Positions 36,822-45,700 of a stretch of DNA of 53,241 nucleotides are shown one piece after another. Source of the DNA: Thermodesulfobacteriota bacterium (GTDB lineage: Bacteria; Desulfobacterota; Desulfobulbia; Desulfobulbales; SURF-16); the NCBI GenBank assembly GCA_034723545.1, contig JAYEPA010000001.1, forward strand, positions 2,227 to 55,467, given 5' to 3'. Both the position numbers and the translations under genes were made by a program. Each line of letters opens with the position of its first letter. Positions within the stretch are counted from its first letter, which is position 1. A model generated the notes under the pieces. That model was not told the DNA's origin. It made no database searches and saw nothing but the letters and a program-made list of their open reading frames with translations.

Positions 36822-37352
36822 AAAAAAACAAAGGTGATTTTGACAGGTTATCGGGCAACAGGAAAAAGTTCGGTTGGCAGGATCCTGGCCTCTATGCTGG
36901 ATTGGCGCTTCATTGATACCGATTTTGAAATCGAAAAAAGGCAGGGATTCTCAATCAGCCGGATAGTTGCCAAAAAGGGTTGGAAATTTTTCAGGGAACA
37001 GGAAAAAAAAATCCTTACAGAACTAGCGGAACGGGAGCAGGTTGTTATCGCCACCGGCGGCGGAGCCATCATGCATCAGCAAATATGGAACCGTCTGATG
37101 AAAAACGGGCTGGTTGTCTGGCTGACCGCTGATCCCCAAGTCATCTGTCAACGCCTTGCCGCCGATCCTGTTACGGAAGGTCAGCGGCCCTCTTTGACAA
37201 GCAGTGATATTTTAACAGAGGTCGAATCCGTGCTGCAGGAACGGGAACCTCTTTACCGGGCCGGCTCACATCTTAAAATCGATTCATCTTGTTCCGTTGT
37301 GGAAATCACTGAGGAAATAATGGCCTTTCTGGGTCGGATAAACCGTAATTAA
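36789..37352 (+). CDS. aroK: Shikimate kinase (N terminus derived from the MITE)
   Basis: GYRATGKS P-loop, DTD, FREQE, ATGGG, RPSL, REPLY. Confidence 0.9.
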   Translation: MGEDEVQLNSYKKTKVILTGYRATGKSSVGRILASMLDWRFIDTDFEIEKRQGFSISRIVAKKGWKFFREQEKKILTELAEREQVVIATGGGAIMHQQIWNRLMKNGLVVWLTADPQVICQRLAADPVTEGQRPSLTSSDILTEVESVLQEREPLYRAGSHLKIDSSCSVVEITEEIMAFLGRINRN

Positions 37353-37361
37353 AAATAAAAC

Positions 37362-37553
37362 TAGTGCTTGAACGAAAAGTATCCATCCATATGTTAACAC
37401 GGGTTGCGGACGATTCTTTGTGACGAAGATTTGTTAAAAAGTTGTTAGCAATTAGCTTTTAGCCGTTAACAGCTAATTGCTAAAGTCTTTATTTTGGAAT
37501 CGGATCTTAACTTCCTGAATAAAGTTTGTTTTTGACTTTTTGTTCAAACACTA
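37362..37553. mobile_element. MITE-like element between aroK and aroC with an internal palindrome
   Basis: TAGTGCTTGAACGAAAAGT / ACTTTTTGTTCAAACACTA (17/19); internal TTAGCAATTAGCT / AGCTAATTGCTAA at 37445-37483. Confidence 0.7.
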
Positions 37554-37589
37554 ATAATTCGTAATTAACCAACCACAGGCAACAATTAA

Positions 37590-38660
37590 ATGGCAGGAAA
37601 TACATTTGGACAGGTTTTTCGGGTGACGACCTGGGGCGAGTCCCATGGCACGGCGGTGGGGGCAACTATTGACGGATGTCCCCCAGGCTTATTGTTGACC
37701 CAGGAGATGATTCAAAAGGATATGGAGCGGCGGCGGCCCGGAACCGGAGGGGCAGCCAGTCCGCGCAAGGAACCGGATCAAGTGGAGATTCTCTCCGGTA
37801 TCTACGAGAATAAAACCACCGGCACCCCTCTTACCCTGGTTATCTACAATAAGGATGCCCACAGCAAGTCCTATGATACCCTGAAGAATATTTTTCGACC
37901 TGGTCATGGCGACATTACCTATCTGCGGAAGTATGGTATCCGGGATCATCGTGGCGGCGGCCGGGCATCGGCCAGGGAAACCGCAGCCCGTGTTGCTGTT
38001 GGAGCTGTGGCGCGGCAGCTGCTCGCTTCCAGAAATATTCAGGTTCAGGCTTACACCATAGCCCTGGGTGGTGTTGAAATCAGCAAGCGGGACATGAACG
38101 ACATTTCGAAAAACAGACTGTTTTGTCCTGATAATGAGGCGGCGGAACGTATGGAGGAGAGGATTGTCGAGGTGCGAAAGCAGCATGATTCGCTGGGCGG
38201 CATCGTCGAGATCCTCGCAAAAGGGTGTCCTGCAGGACTGGGAGAGCCGGTTTTTAACAAACTTGACGCGGAACTTGCCGGAGCCCTGATGTCCATCGGC
38301 GCTGTCAAGGGAGTGGAAATTGGCGCAGGTTTTGAGGCGGCTCGCCTGACCGGATCGGAAAACAATGATCCCATCACGCCTGGTGGCTTTGCGACAAACC
38401 GCTCGGGCGGAATCCTGGCCGGGATTTCCAACGGTGACGATATCGTCGCCCGTGTTGCCGTTAAGCCCATTCCTTCCATTGCCAGAGAGCAACAGACTGT
38501 TGACCTGGACAACAACCCGACCACCATCAAGGTCGGTGGACGTCATGATATCTCAGCGATACCGAGGATTATCCCTGTTTGCGAGGCCATGGTCTGTTTG
38601 ACCTTGGCCGATCATTTTTTGCGTCAGCAGGCGATTATGGGTTTCGCTGATCAGGAGTGA
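37590..38660 (+). CDS. aroC: Chorismate synthase
   Basis: GESHG, RPGH, RASARET, KPIPSI, GRHD. Confidence 0.97.
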   Translation: MAGNTFGQVFRVTTWGESHGTAVGATIDGCPPGLLLTQEMIQKDMERRRPGTGGAASPRKEPDQVEILSGIYENKTTGTPLTLVIYNKDAHSKSYDTLKNIFRPGHGDITYLRKYGIRDHRGGGRASARETAARVAVGAVARQLLASRNIQVQAYTIALGGVEISKRDMNDISKNRLFCPDNEAAERMEERIVEVRKQHDSLGGIVEILAKGCPAGLGEPVFNKLDAELAGALMSIGAVKGVEIGAGFEAARLTGSENNDPITPGGFATNRSGGILAGISNGDDIVARVAVKPIPSIAREQQTVDLDNNPTTIKVGGRHDISAIPRIIPVCEAMVCLTLADHFLRQQAIMGFADQE

Positions 38661-40264
38661 GGAGCCGAAAAAATATCGTGAAAGAACAAAAATATCCGTT
38701 GAAAACGATCTGGATGATCAGCCGGGAGTATGACGGCCTGGCCGGTGCAGGAGGGGTAAAGGATGTTTGCCGCCAGCTTGCCGAAGCCCTGGTCGCGGAA
38801 GGGAAAAATGTCAGCGTTATTCTGCCGTTTTATGGGTTCATGAAACTGGAAGAGACCGGCTTCAGGCTGTTTGATTCCTTTCAGGTTGATATGAACTATG
38901 TCGGCGTGGAACGCAGGGAGCAGGTGCAGATTTGGATCAGACAGCACGAGGACAAACCGACAATCTATCTGGTTGACGCGGCACGCTATCAGGAAAAGAA
39001 ATCCGTCTACACCTATACTGCCGAGGATGAGGCCGAAGATCCCGCCCATGTTCAGGGCACGGGCCATTATGATTACTTTGCCATGAATGTTCTGCTGCAG
39101 AAAACGGCAATTGATCTCATGCTCTGCCTGGGAGAAAAGGTGGATCTCATTCATTGTCATGATGGTCATACCGCCCTGTTGCCGGCCATGATTAAGGAAA
39201 ATGAGGGATATCGCCATTATTTTAGAAAAACGGGCCTGGTGGTGACCATCCATAATGCGGGATTGGGTTATCATCAGGAAGTGGCGGATTTGCCTTTTGC
39301 CAAAGTCGTTTCCGGCTTGCCTGGAAAGGTGCTTGCCAGAAATTTGCTGAAGGGCAGCTTTGACCCCTTTCTTGCCGCTTCCTCCTATGCTGTTCTTAAT
39401 ACCGTCAGTGAAAATTATGCCCGTGAGCTGCGGGAAACAGATGATGATGAACTGACGGGATTTCTGGGCCACATCCTGCTTTCCAGGGGAGTGACGCTTG
39501 AAGGTGTGACCAACGGCATCTCACCGGCCGATTTTGATACCCGAGAGCATGAAAAGCTCGGCATCGACGCCGGCTATTCGGTGATGGCTGGAGATTTTGC
39601 CGGTAAGATTATCTGTCGGCAAAAACTGATCCAGGATATTAACGGCAAAAAATTGACTCATGTTCAGCAGAACGGCAGCCTGACCCAGGCAGATGACGTG
39701 CCGCTTTTGACCCTGATCGGTCGTCTGACCGCCCAGAAAGGGGTGGATAAATTGATCGGCGCTCTTGAAACACTGTTGCCCACGGACAAAGAATTTCAGG
39801 TTTTGATTCTCGGAAGCGGTATCAGGGAGATTGAAGACGGATTGCTCCGGTTGACGAAAAACAGTGCAAACAAGGGACGGGTCTGTCTGTTGCGGGGCTA
39901 TGATCCTGGGCTTGCGAACCGGATTTATGCGGCTGGAGATTTTTTTCTTGTTCCGTCGAGATACGAGCCCTGTGGCCTGACGGATTATATTGCCCAGCTT
40001 TTCGGTAACCTTCCCATTGTTCATCATATCGGCGGGCTGGTGAAAGTAATTGACGGCAAAACAGGATTTACCTATCAGGATCACAGTTCCGCTGCTCTTA
40101 TGGGCGCCATGCAGAAGGCGATTCGCGTCTATCGGAAGCAGAATGGCCGGATCAAAGAAATGCAGCTGCAGGCTGTCACAACGATTTCAGAAAAATATAC
40201 CTGGAAAAAAATTGTCCATCGTTACCTGCATCTCTACGGCAAGGCTCTGGATATGGCCGGATAA
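38657..40264 (+). CDS. glgA: Glycogen synthase-like glycosyltransferase (GT5)
   Basis: HCHD, TIHN..Y, TVSENYA, GRLTAQKG, PSRYEPCGL; atypical N-terminal GAGGVKDV. Confidence 0.8.
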   Translation: MRSRKNIVKEQKYPLKTIWMISREYDGLAGAGGVKDVCRQLAEALVAEGKNVSVILPFYGFMKLEETGFRLFDSFQVDMNYVGVERREQVQIWIRQHEDKPTIYLVDAARYQEKKSVYTYTAEDEAEDPAHVQGTGHYDYFAMNVLLQKTAIDLMLCLGEKVDLIHCHDGHTALLPAMIKENEGYRHYFRKTGLVVTIHNAGLGYHQEVADLPFAKVVSGLPGKVLARNLLKGSFDPFLAASSYAVLNTVSENYARELRETDDDELTGFLGHILLSRGVTLEGVTNGISPADFDTREHEKLGIDAGYSVMAGDFAGKIICRQKLIQDINGKKLTHVQQNGSLTQADDVPLLTLIGRLTAQKGVDKLIGALETLLPTDKEFQVLILGSGIREIEDGLLRLTKNSANKGRVCLLRGYDPGLANRIYAAGDFFLVPSRYEPCGLTDYIAQLFGNLPIVHHIGGLVKVIDGKTGFTYQDHSSAALMGAMQKAIRVYRKQNGRIKEMQLQAVTTISEKYTWKKIVHRYLHLYGKALDMAG

Positions 40265-40270
40265 CATGAA

Positions 40271-40419
40271 GTAAATATTCGACAGCACTCCACAGGAAGG
40301 CGATCAGGCTACCCCGCATACCGATGTGTAGCAAGTTAGCCTGCTTAACTCCCTGTGAAGCGCTGTCAAACATTTACAAGTTGGTGGTTTGAGTTATTTT
40401 CATTGAGCCGAATGTTTAC
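40271..40419. mobile_element. Family A-like MITE, subfamily A3
   Basis: GTAAATATTCG...CGAATGTTTAC; TSD AACATGAA; internal end copy ends at 40377. Confidence 0.88.
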
Positions 40420-40454
40420 AACATGAAAAGCACTTATTTTCTGAAGATAGTATC

Positions 40455-41279
40455 ATGACTGAGCTAAGGCAACAGCAATCCCCCGTTGTTTTATCAAACC
40501 GATGGTTTGCCCAGCGACATGATTTTTTTGTCAAAAATGTGTTTGAAGGGTTTTATAAAAATCGGACCTTCTTCATTGGGCTGTATGATCGGTATAACAA
40601 TACCGGGCAGATCTCGTTTTCTGATATAGCCGAACTGGTCGGTGTTGAAAATCACAAAGGGTTGTGGCTCGTCAAGGATCGCTGTCATCAGCTCTGGCGC
40701 GATGGTGAATCCCGGTTTGACAGCAATGGTTTTTTTCTTGATTGGGTGATCGGTTCTCTTTTTCATGAGGCTGTCAAGCTGAAAGAAAATATCTATATGT
40801 TTCACTTCTATGCGCCCCAGGCGGATGAGATTAAAAAGCAGTTCAAAAATGAAATAATGGGAAGCGATGCAGCATGCCTGAGTTTTATGGAAGGAACCGA
40901 GGTGGAGATTCGGAAGCAGATGGATAATCTTGCCTTGCTGTTTGGCCGGGCCAATTATCTGCTGCGCTCCATGCTGGTCAGCCAGTCCGGCAATGTGTTG
41001 TTAATTCGCTATCTGATCGAAAGAAAAGATGTTGTACAAGAACTTTGGTCCGAGTCCCTGGAAGAACTTTTTGACGATATGTATCCCGGCGGGCCGGAGC
41101 AGGGGTTTTGTCTGGCCGGGAAAAACTATCTTGACGGACATTGGCATGACAGGGCATTTATGGCCTATTCCGCCGCCTTGGAGATCAACCCGAAATGTGA
41201 CGATGCTCTGCGCAGGATCTCTCAGATCAAGATCACGTTACGGCATAAGGAAGAATTCGGCCAGGTTGAATTAAATTGA
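40455..41279 (+). CDS. Hypothetical protein with a C-terminal TPR-like helix pair
   Basis: 274-aa ORF; AYSAALEINP TPR signature. Confidence 0.75.
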   Translation: MTELRQQQSPVVLSNRWFAQRHDFFVKNVFEGFYKNRTFFIGLYDRYNNTGQISFSDIAELVGVENHKGLWLVKDRCHQLWRDGESRFDSNGFFLDWVIGSLFHEAVKLKENIYMFHFYAPQADEIKKQFKNEIMGSDAACLSFMEGTEVEIRKQMDNLALLFGRANYLLRSMLVSQSGNVLLIRYLIERKDVVQELWSESLEELFDDMYPGGPEQGFCLAGKNYLDGHWHDRAFMAYSAALEINPKCDDALRRISQIKITLRHKEEFGQVELN

Positions 41280-41304
41280 ACAAAAAATTCTACACGATAA
41301 AATG

Positions 41305-41475
41305 GTAAACATTCGGGTTGGAGTTAAATCAGTGCTAAAGCCACTAAATTGTAAATATTTGGATAACAGCGAAGCGGTGTCAGCTCCAATTTAGTTCAAG
41401 TCGCCTTGTGAGCTATATTAGTCATATGTGAGTAAGGCGAATCGGACGAAATTGGGGTGCTAGCCGAATATTTAT
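41305..41475. mobile_element. Family A-like MITE, subfamily A2 (inverted), next to the gap RBS
   Basis: GTAAACATTCG...CGAATATTTAT; TSD ATAAAATG. Confidence 0.9.
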
Positions 41476-41494
41476 ATAAAATGGGAGACAGGTT

Positions 41495-42499
41495 ATGACG
41501 GTAAAGGTTGGAATTAACGGATTTGGACGAATCGGCAGAAATATTTTCAGGGCCATTGATAAGGATGAAACATTTGCGGATATCGAGGTCGTAGCCATCA
41601 ATGACCTTACCAACAATGAAACACTGGCCCATCTGCTCAAATATGATTCGGTTATGGGTGTGTATGAGCGGGATGTGAAGGCAGATGAAAAAGGCATTGT
41701 CGTTGATGGCCGGCATATCGATATTTTTAATCACCGCAATCCAGCCGAGATTCCCTGGGGCAGTATCGGCGTGGATTATGTCATTGAGTCAACCGGTCTG
41801 TTCCGTGACGCTGAAAGTGCCGGCGCTCATCTTGATGCAGGTGCTAAAAAAGTGGTGATTTCAGCACCGGCCAAGGGAAAAATTAGAACCATTGTCATGG
41901 GTGTCAATGAGCATGAGTATGATCCAAGCAAGGACCATATTGTTTCAAATGCGTCCTGCACCACCAACTGCCTTGCCCCGGTTGCCAAGGTTATTCTTGA
42001 TCATTTCGGCATCAAAAAGGGCCTGATGACAACGATCCATGCCTATACTAATGATCAGCGCATTCTTGACTTTCCCCACTCGGATCTGCGCCGGGCCAGG
42101 GCTGCCGCTGTTTCAATGATCCCGACCGGGACAGGGGCTGCCGCCGCTGTTTCCCTGGTTATTCCGGAGCTGAAAGGAAAATTTGACGGCCTGTCTGTCC
42201 GGGTGCCGACACCCAATGTCTCCCTGGTGGACATGGTTATTGAAGTGGAGCAGGAAACCACGGTTCCGGAAGTGAATCAGGCCTTGAAAGACGCAGCTGA
42301 CCGCTTTCTCGGCTACTCGGACGAGCCCCTGGTTTCCATCGATTACCAGGGCAACCCTCACTCCTCGATTGTTGATGCCATGTCCACTAAGGTCATCGGC
42401 AACATGGTCAAAATTATGACCTGGTATGATAATGAATGGGGCTATTCCAACCGGATGCTGGATTTGATTCTGTTCATGGAAAGCCAGAAACCGTTGTAG
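41495..42499 (+). CDS. gap: Type I glyceraldehyde-3-phosphate dehydrogenase
   Basis: GINGFGRIG, ASCTTNCL, TGAA, RVPT, WYDNEWGYS. Confidence 0.97.
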   Translation: MTVKVGINGFGRIGRNIFRAIDKDETFADIEVVAINDLTNNETLAHLLKYDSVMGVYERDVKADEKGIVVDGRHIDIFNHRNPAEIPWGSIGVDYVIESTGLFRDAESAGAHLDAGAKKVVISAPAKGKIRTIVMGVNEHEYDPSKDHIVSNASCTTNCLAPVAKVILDHFGIKKGLMTTIHAYTNDQRILDFPHSDLRRARAAAVSMIPTGTGAAAAVSLVIPELKGKFDGLSVRVPTPNVSLVDMVIEVEQETTVPEVNQALKDAADRFLGYSDEPLVSIDYQGNPHSSIVDAMSTKVIGNMVKIMTWYDNEWGYSNRMLDLILFMESQKPL

Positions 42500-42557
42500 A
42501 GGAATCAGTTAGATTGGTTTTATTGGTTGGATTTGTTTAAATAGTTCTTCAACCAGT

Positions 42558-42711
42558 GTAAATATTCGGGTAGCACCTCATCTTCGCCCATTAGGCCCAG
42601 CTCGAGTAGCACTAGTACGCTTCGCTGCCCCAAATGAACGAATATAAGGCACTACCCAAATATTTACAGTTCCAGGTTGTTGCGATTTTTTCGTATAACC
42701 CGAATATTTAC
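42558..42711. mobile_element. Family A MITE with variant ends, inserted in a 9-mer repeat tract
   Basis: GTAAATATTCGGG...CCCGAATATTTAC; TSD CAACCAGT. Confidence 0.9.
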
Positions 42712-42765
42712 CAACCAGTTCAACCAATCTAACCAATTCAACCAGTAAAACCAGTTTAACCAATC
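42712..42765 (+). repeat. Nonamer tandem repeat (NAACCART[CTA], 6 units), with inverted units at 42508-42538
   Basis: caaccagtt caaccaatc taaccaatt caaccagta aaaccagtt taaccaatc; a similar tract flanks the element at 17748-18022. Confidence 0.75.
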
Positions 42766-42778
42766 CAACAAAAAAACC

Positions 42779-45700
42779 ATGCCCCCCATCCAATCAGATG
42801 CCCTGAAGGCAAATCTCGAGGAAACCGCAGTTGACGAGGTCGTCATCGATCCCGCCATGGAGGTTCTCATCGAGATTGTCCACGATATGAAGGGAATTCG
42901 CAACTCCATCGAAGAGTTGCTCTATGAGATTCATCATCCCTTCCGAAACTGGAACATGATTGTTCCCAGACTGCGGACATTTGTTCTGAAAAACGAGAGA
43001 TTGTATCATCGTCATCCTATGGGTGCCGAGGCCTTCAGCCGTTTTACCGATATCTTTTTTCTGGCCCTGCAAGAGGCTGGTAAAAACCATACCCTGCTGG
43101 CCCTGACTATGGAATCTCTCCTTGCCTATTTTGCAAAGAGCGTAACCCTGGAACCAAAAACCCTGCCGCGTTTTGAACCTGCCCATGCCGCCTGTTTTGA
43201 AAAATTGCGCGGCCTTGATGATCAGATCATTATGTACATGGTTCAGGGTCGTCATCCCATGAAGAAAATTGCCATCTTTCTTTTGCACTACAGTGAGGAG
43301 GAAAACCAGGCCTATGATCTGCGGCCCGTGGGATGTCTCATGCAGCGGGTGCTGACGTTAAATTACGAATACTGGCTGGCGGAAGAGGATCCCCTGCCCT
43401 GGTTTCTGGCCGAGTGCAGCGATATGTGCAATGACTGGCAGGCCGGCAAACTTTTCCATGCTGTTTCCCATGAGCAGCTCACGCTCCATCTGGACGCTCT
43501 TGGCAGGATTGATATTGAAACATCACCCGGTCGGTTGCTGGAGATCCTTGCCCTGCCCTCCCATATGGATCTTGTCCGCCTGTACAAGGATATCCCGAAA
43601 AAACTGGCTGAATTGCAGAAAAACGGGGAATCCGGAGAGGGAAAGGACAAAGCGGACCGGTTTGCCGAGAACCGGAAATTGCTTTTTCTCTTTCGGATCA
43701 TGAGGACCTCCGGTCTTTACCTGATTCACGAAGAGACCCTGCGGGAAATCAACCGCAGCCTGGTGCAGCTGATTCGCCTCCAGACCTTTGAAGAGATTAA
43801 ATCCTTTTTGCTCACCACGCTGCATCTCTTGAAGGCCAATGTCAGAAAATATCCCCATACCTCCATGCAATGCATTCAGGTTCTGGGAACCGAGGTCTTC
43901 AAGCGCGGCAATAGCAGGCTTGTGGAAACCTTTCTTTTTGAAGTTGTTCGTTTCGGTTTCCAGTTCGCCAATGTCGTCGGGGTTGATGAGGATTGGCAGC
44001 CCATAACAAATCCTGCTCATCTGGCTAATATTCGCGTCTGGCTGAACATGATCATGCAGGAGCCCAAATGGTGCTCCATCCTGTTCTCGGCCCTGATCAT
44101 TAACCTCAATCTCTCCGGAACCTGCGTCAAGGATACCGACCTCTTTCAACGTGACATTACCAGGCTTCTGAATCATCCCATTGAGCCGGTTTATAACCTG
44201 GTAAAACAGTTTGCCAAGATCATGCCGGTTTTCTTTAACGAAATCGGCGCGGAAGGAAAGCTGCGTGATGTCTCCACCGAGATTGACGAGACCCACAAGC
44301 GAAAGGATCTCCTGATCCATTTTCTCCGCAAGCAGAGCCATGTGGAAAGCTCAAATCTCATTGTCGATTTTATCCGAGCCATTATCATCTTCTGGAAAAC
44401 AAGGGACAAGGAGGAGTTACGGGATTACCTGCCCGATGAGATCCTGAGCCAGGTGGCGACCGAGGGTGTTTTTGTTAATGATCTTCATTTGCTGGTCAAC
44501 CGAGCCTTTGCGCTGCCTAATATCAGCACGGAGAAAGATCTGCTTGACTGGGACCAGCAGCACATCGACCTTTTTTTGGCTGAGCAAACCGACCTGAACC
44601 CGGTCGAGGTCAACCGGTTTTCCTTGCTGGTCAAGATGTACAAGCTGCTGGATCAGAAATACAATCTGGGCCTGCAGCAGTTTCGCCAGCAGCTTGAGCA
44701 GGCAATTAACTCCGGCTTTCCGGAGATGGAGGAACTGCTGGCCGATCTGGAGATCTGTGACACCTTCCAGTGTCTTGGCGCCCTTCTTGACGGACTGGAG
44801 AGATTGAAGGATATTATCCAGAGTGACGAGGTTTTTCCCGTGCAGGAGGATATCTATCATAAGAGGCACATTGCCGTGGATATTCCCTCGGTTTATGGTC
44901 GTTACAGCGAGAAAAAATTTGATGCCCTGGGCCTGACTTTTCGGCTGGAAAGTTTGGCCAACATCTATCTGGAAAAGTTGCCTTCCACGGTGAATCTTTC
45001 TTTTATCACCCGGGCCACTTTTATTGACATCGTCAAATGTCTCAAGCTGTACCTGCGAGCCTTGAATATTGACGGCATTTCCAGCCGCAGGCTGCAGACT
45101 TATGTCTCGCTGCTGTCAAGTTCCCTGAAACTCAGGCGGTTTTCCTATACCCAGTATCTGGACATTCTGCGCGGTCTTTCAGAAGGGGTCAAGGATGTCA
45201 TTTATGCCTATTACACCAATATTCACCAGAATAATCTTTCTATTATCATTCCCCAGATCGGTTCAAGAAATTTACTGGCAAAATACCGCAATCTCTGGCA
45301 CCAGGCCGCAGTCCATGGGCAGGGGAAAGTTCCTGTCGACGATGTGGTGGATTTGCCGACCAAGGCCAGTATTCATCGTTTGTCCGAGGCCTTTCTCCGT
45401 GATCTGATTGCCACCACTTTTGGACTGCAGCATCTGGATAATTTTATCACCAGGATCTACCAGACCCTGGAGCGGCAAATAAAAGTGCTGGACGAAGAAC
45501 GCCTTGACCTTCTGATGACCTATAATCCGGAAAGGGTTATTCATCTGCTGCACCGGCGGAATCCCGAAACCCATAATTTGATTCTCCTCGGCAATAAGGG
45601 TTTTAATCTGACCCTGCTGGCCGATGATGATAAACCGGTGCCGCCTGGTTTTATCATCACCACCGAAATTTTCCGCTGCTGGCCGGTGGTCAAGGATTTT

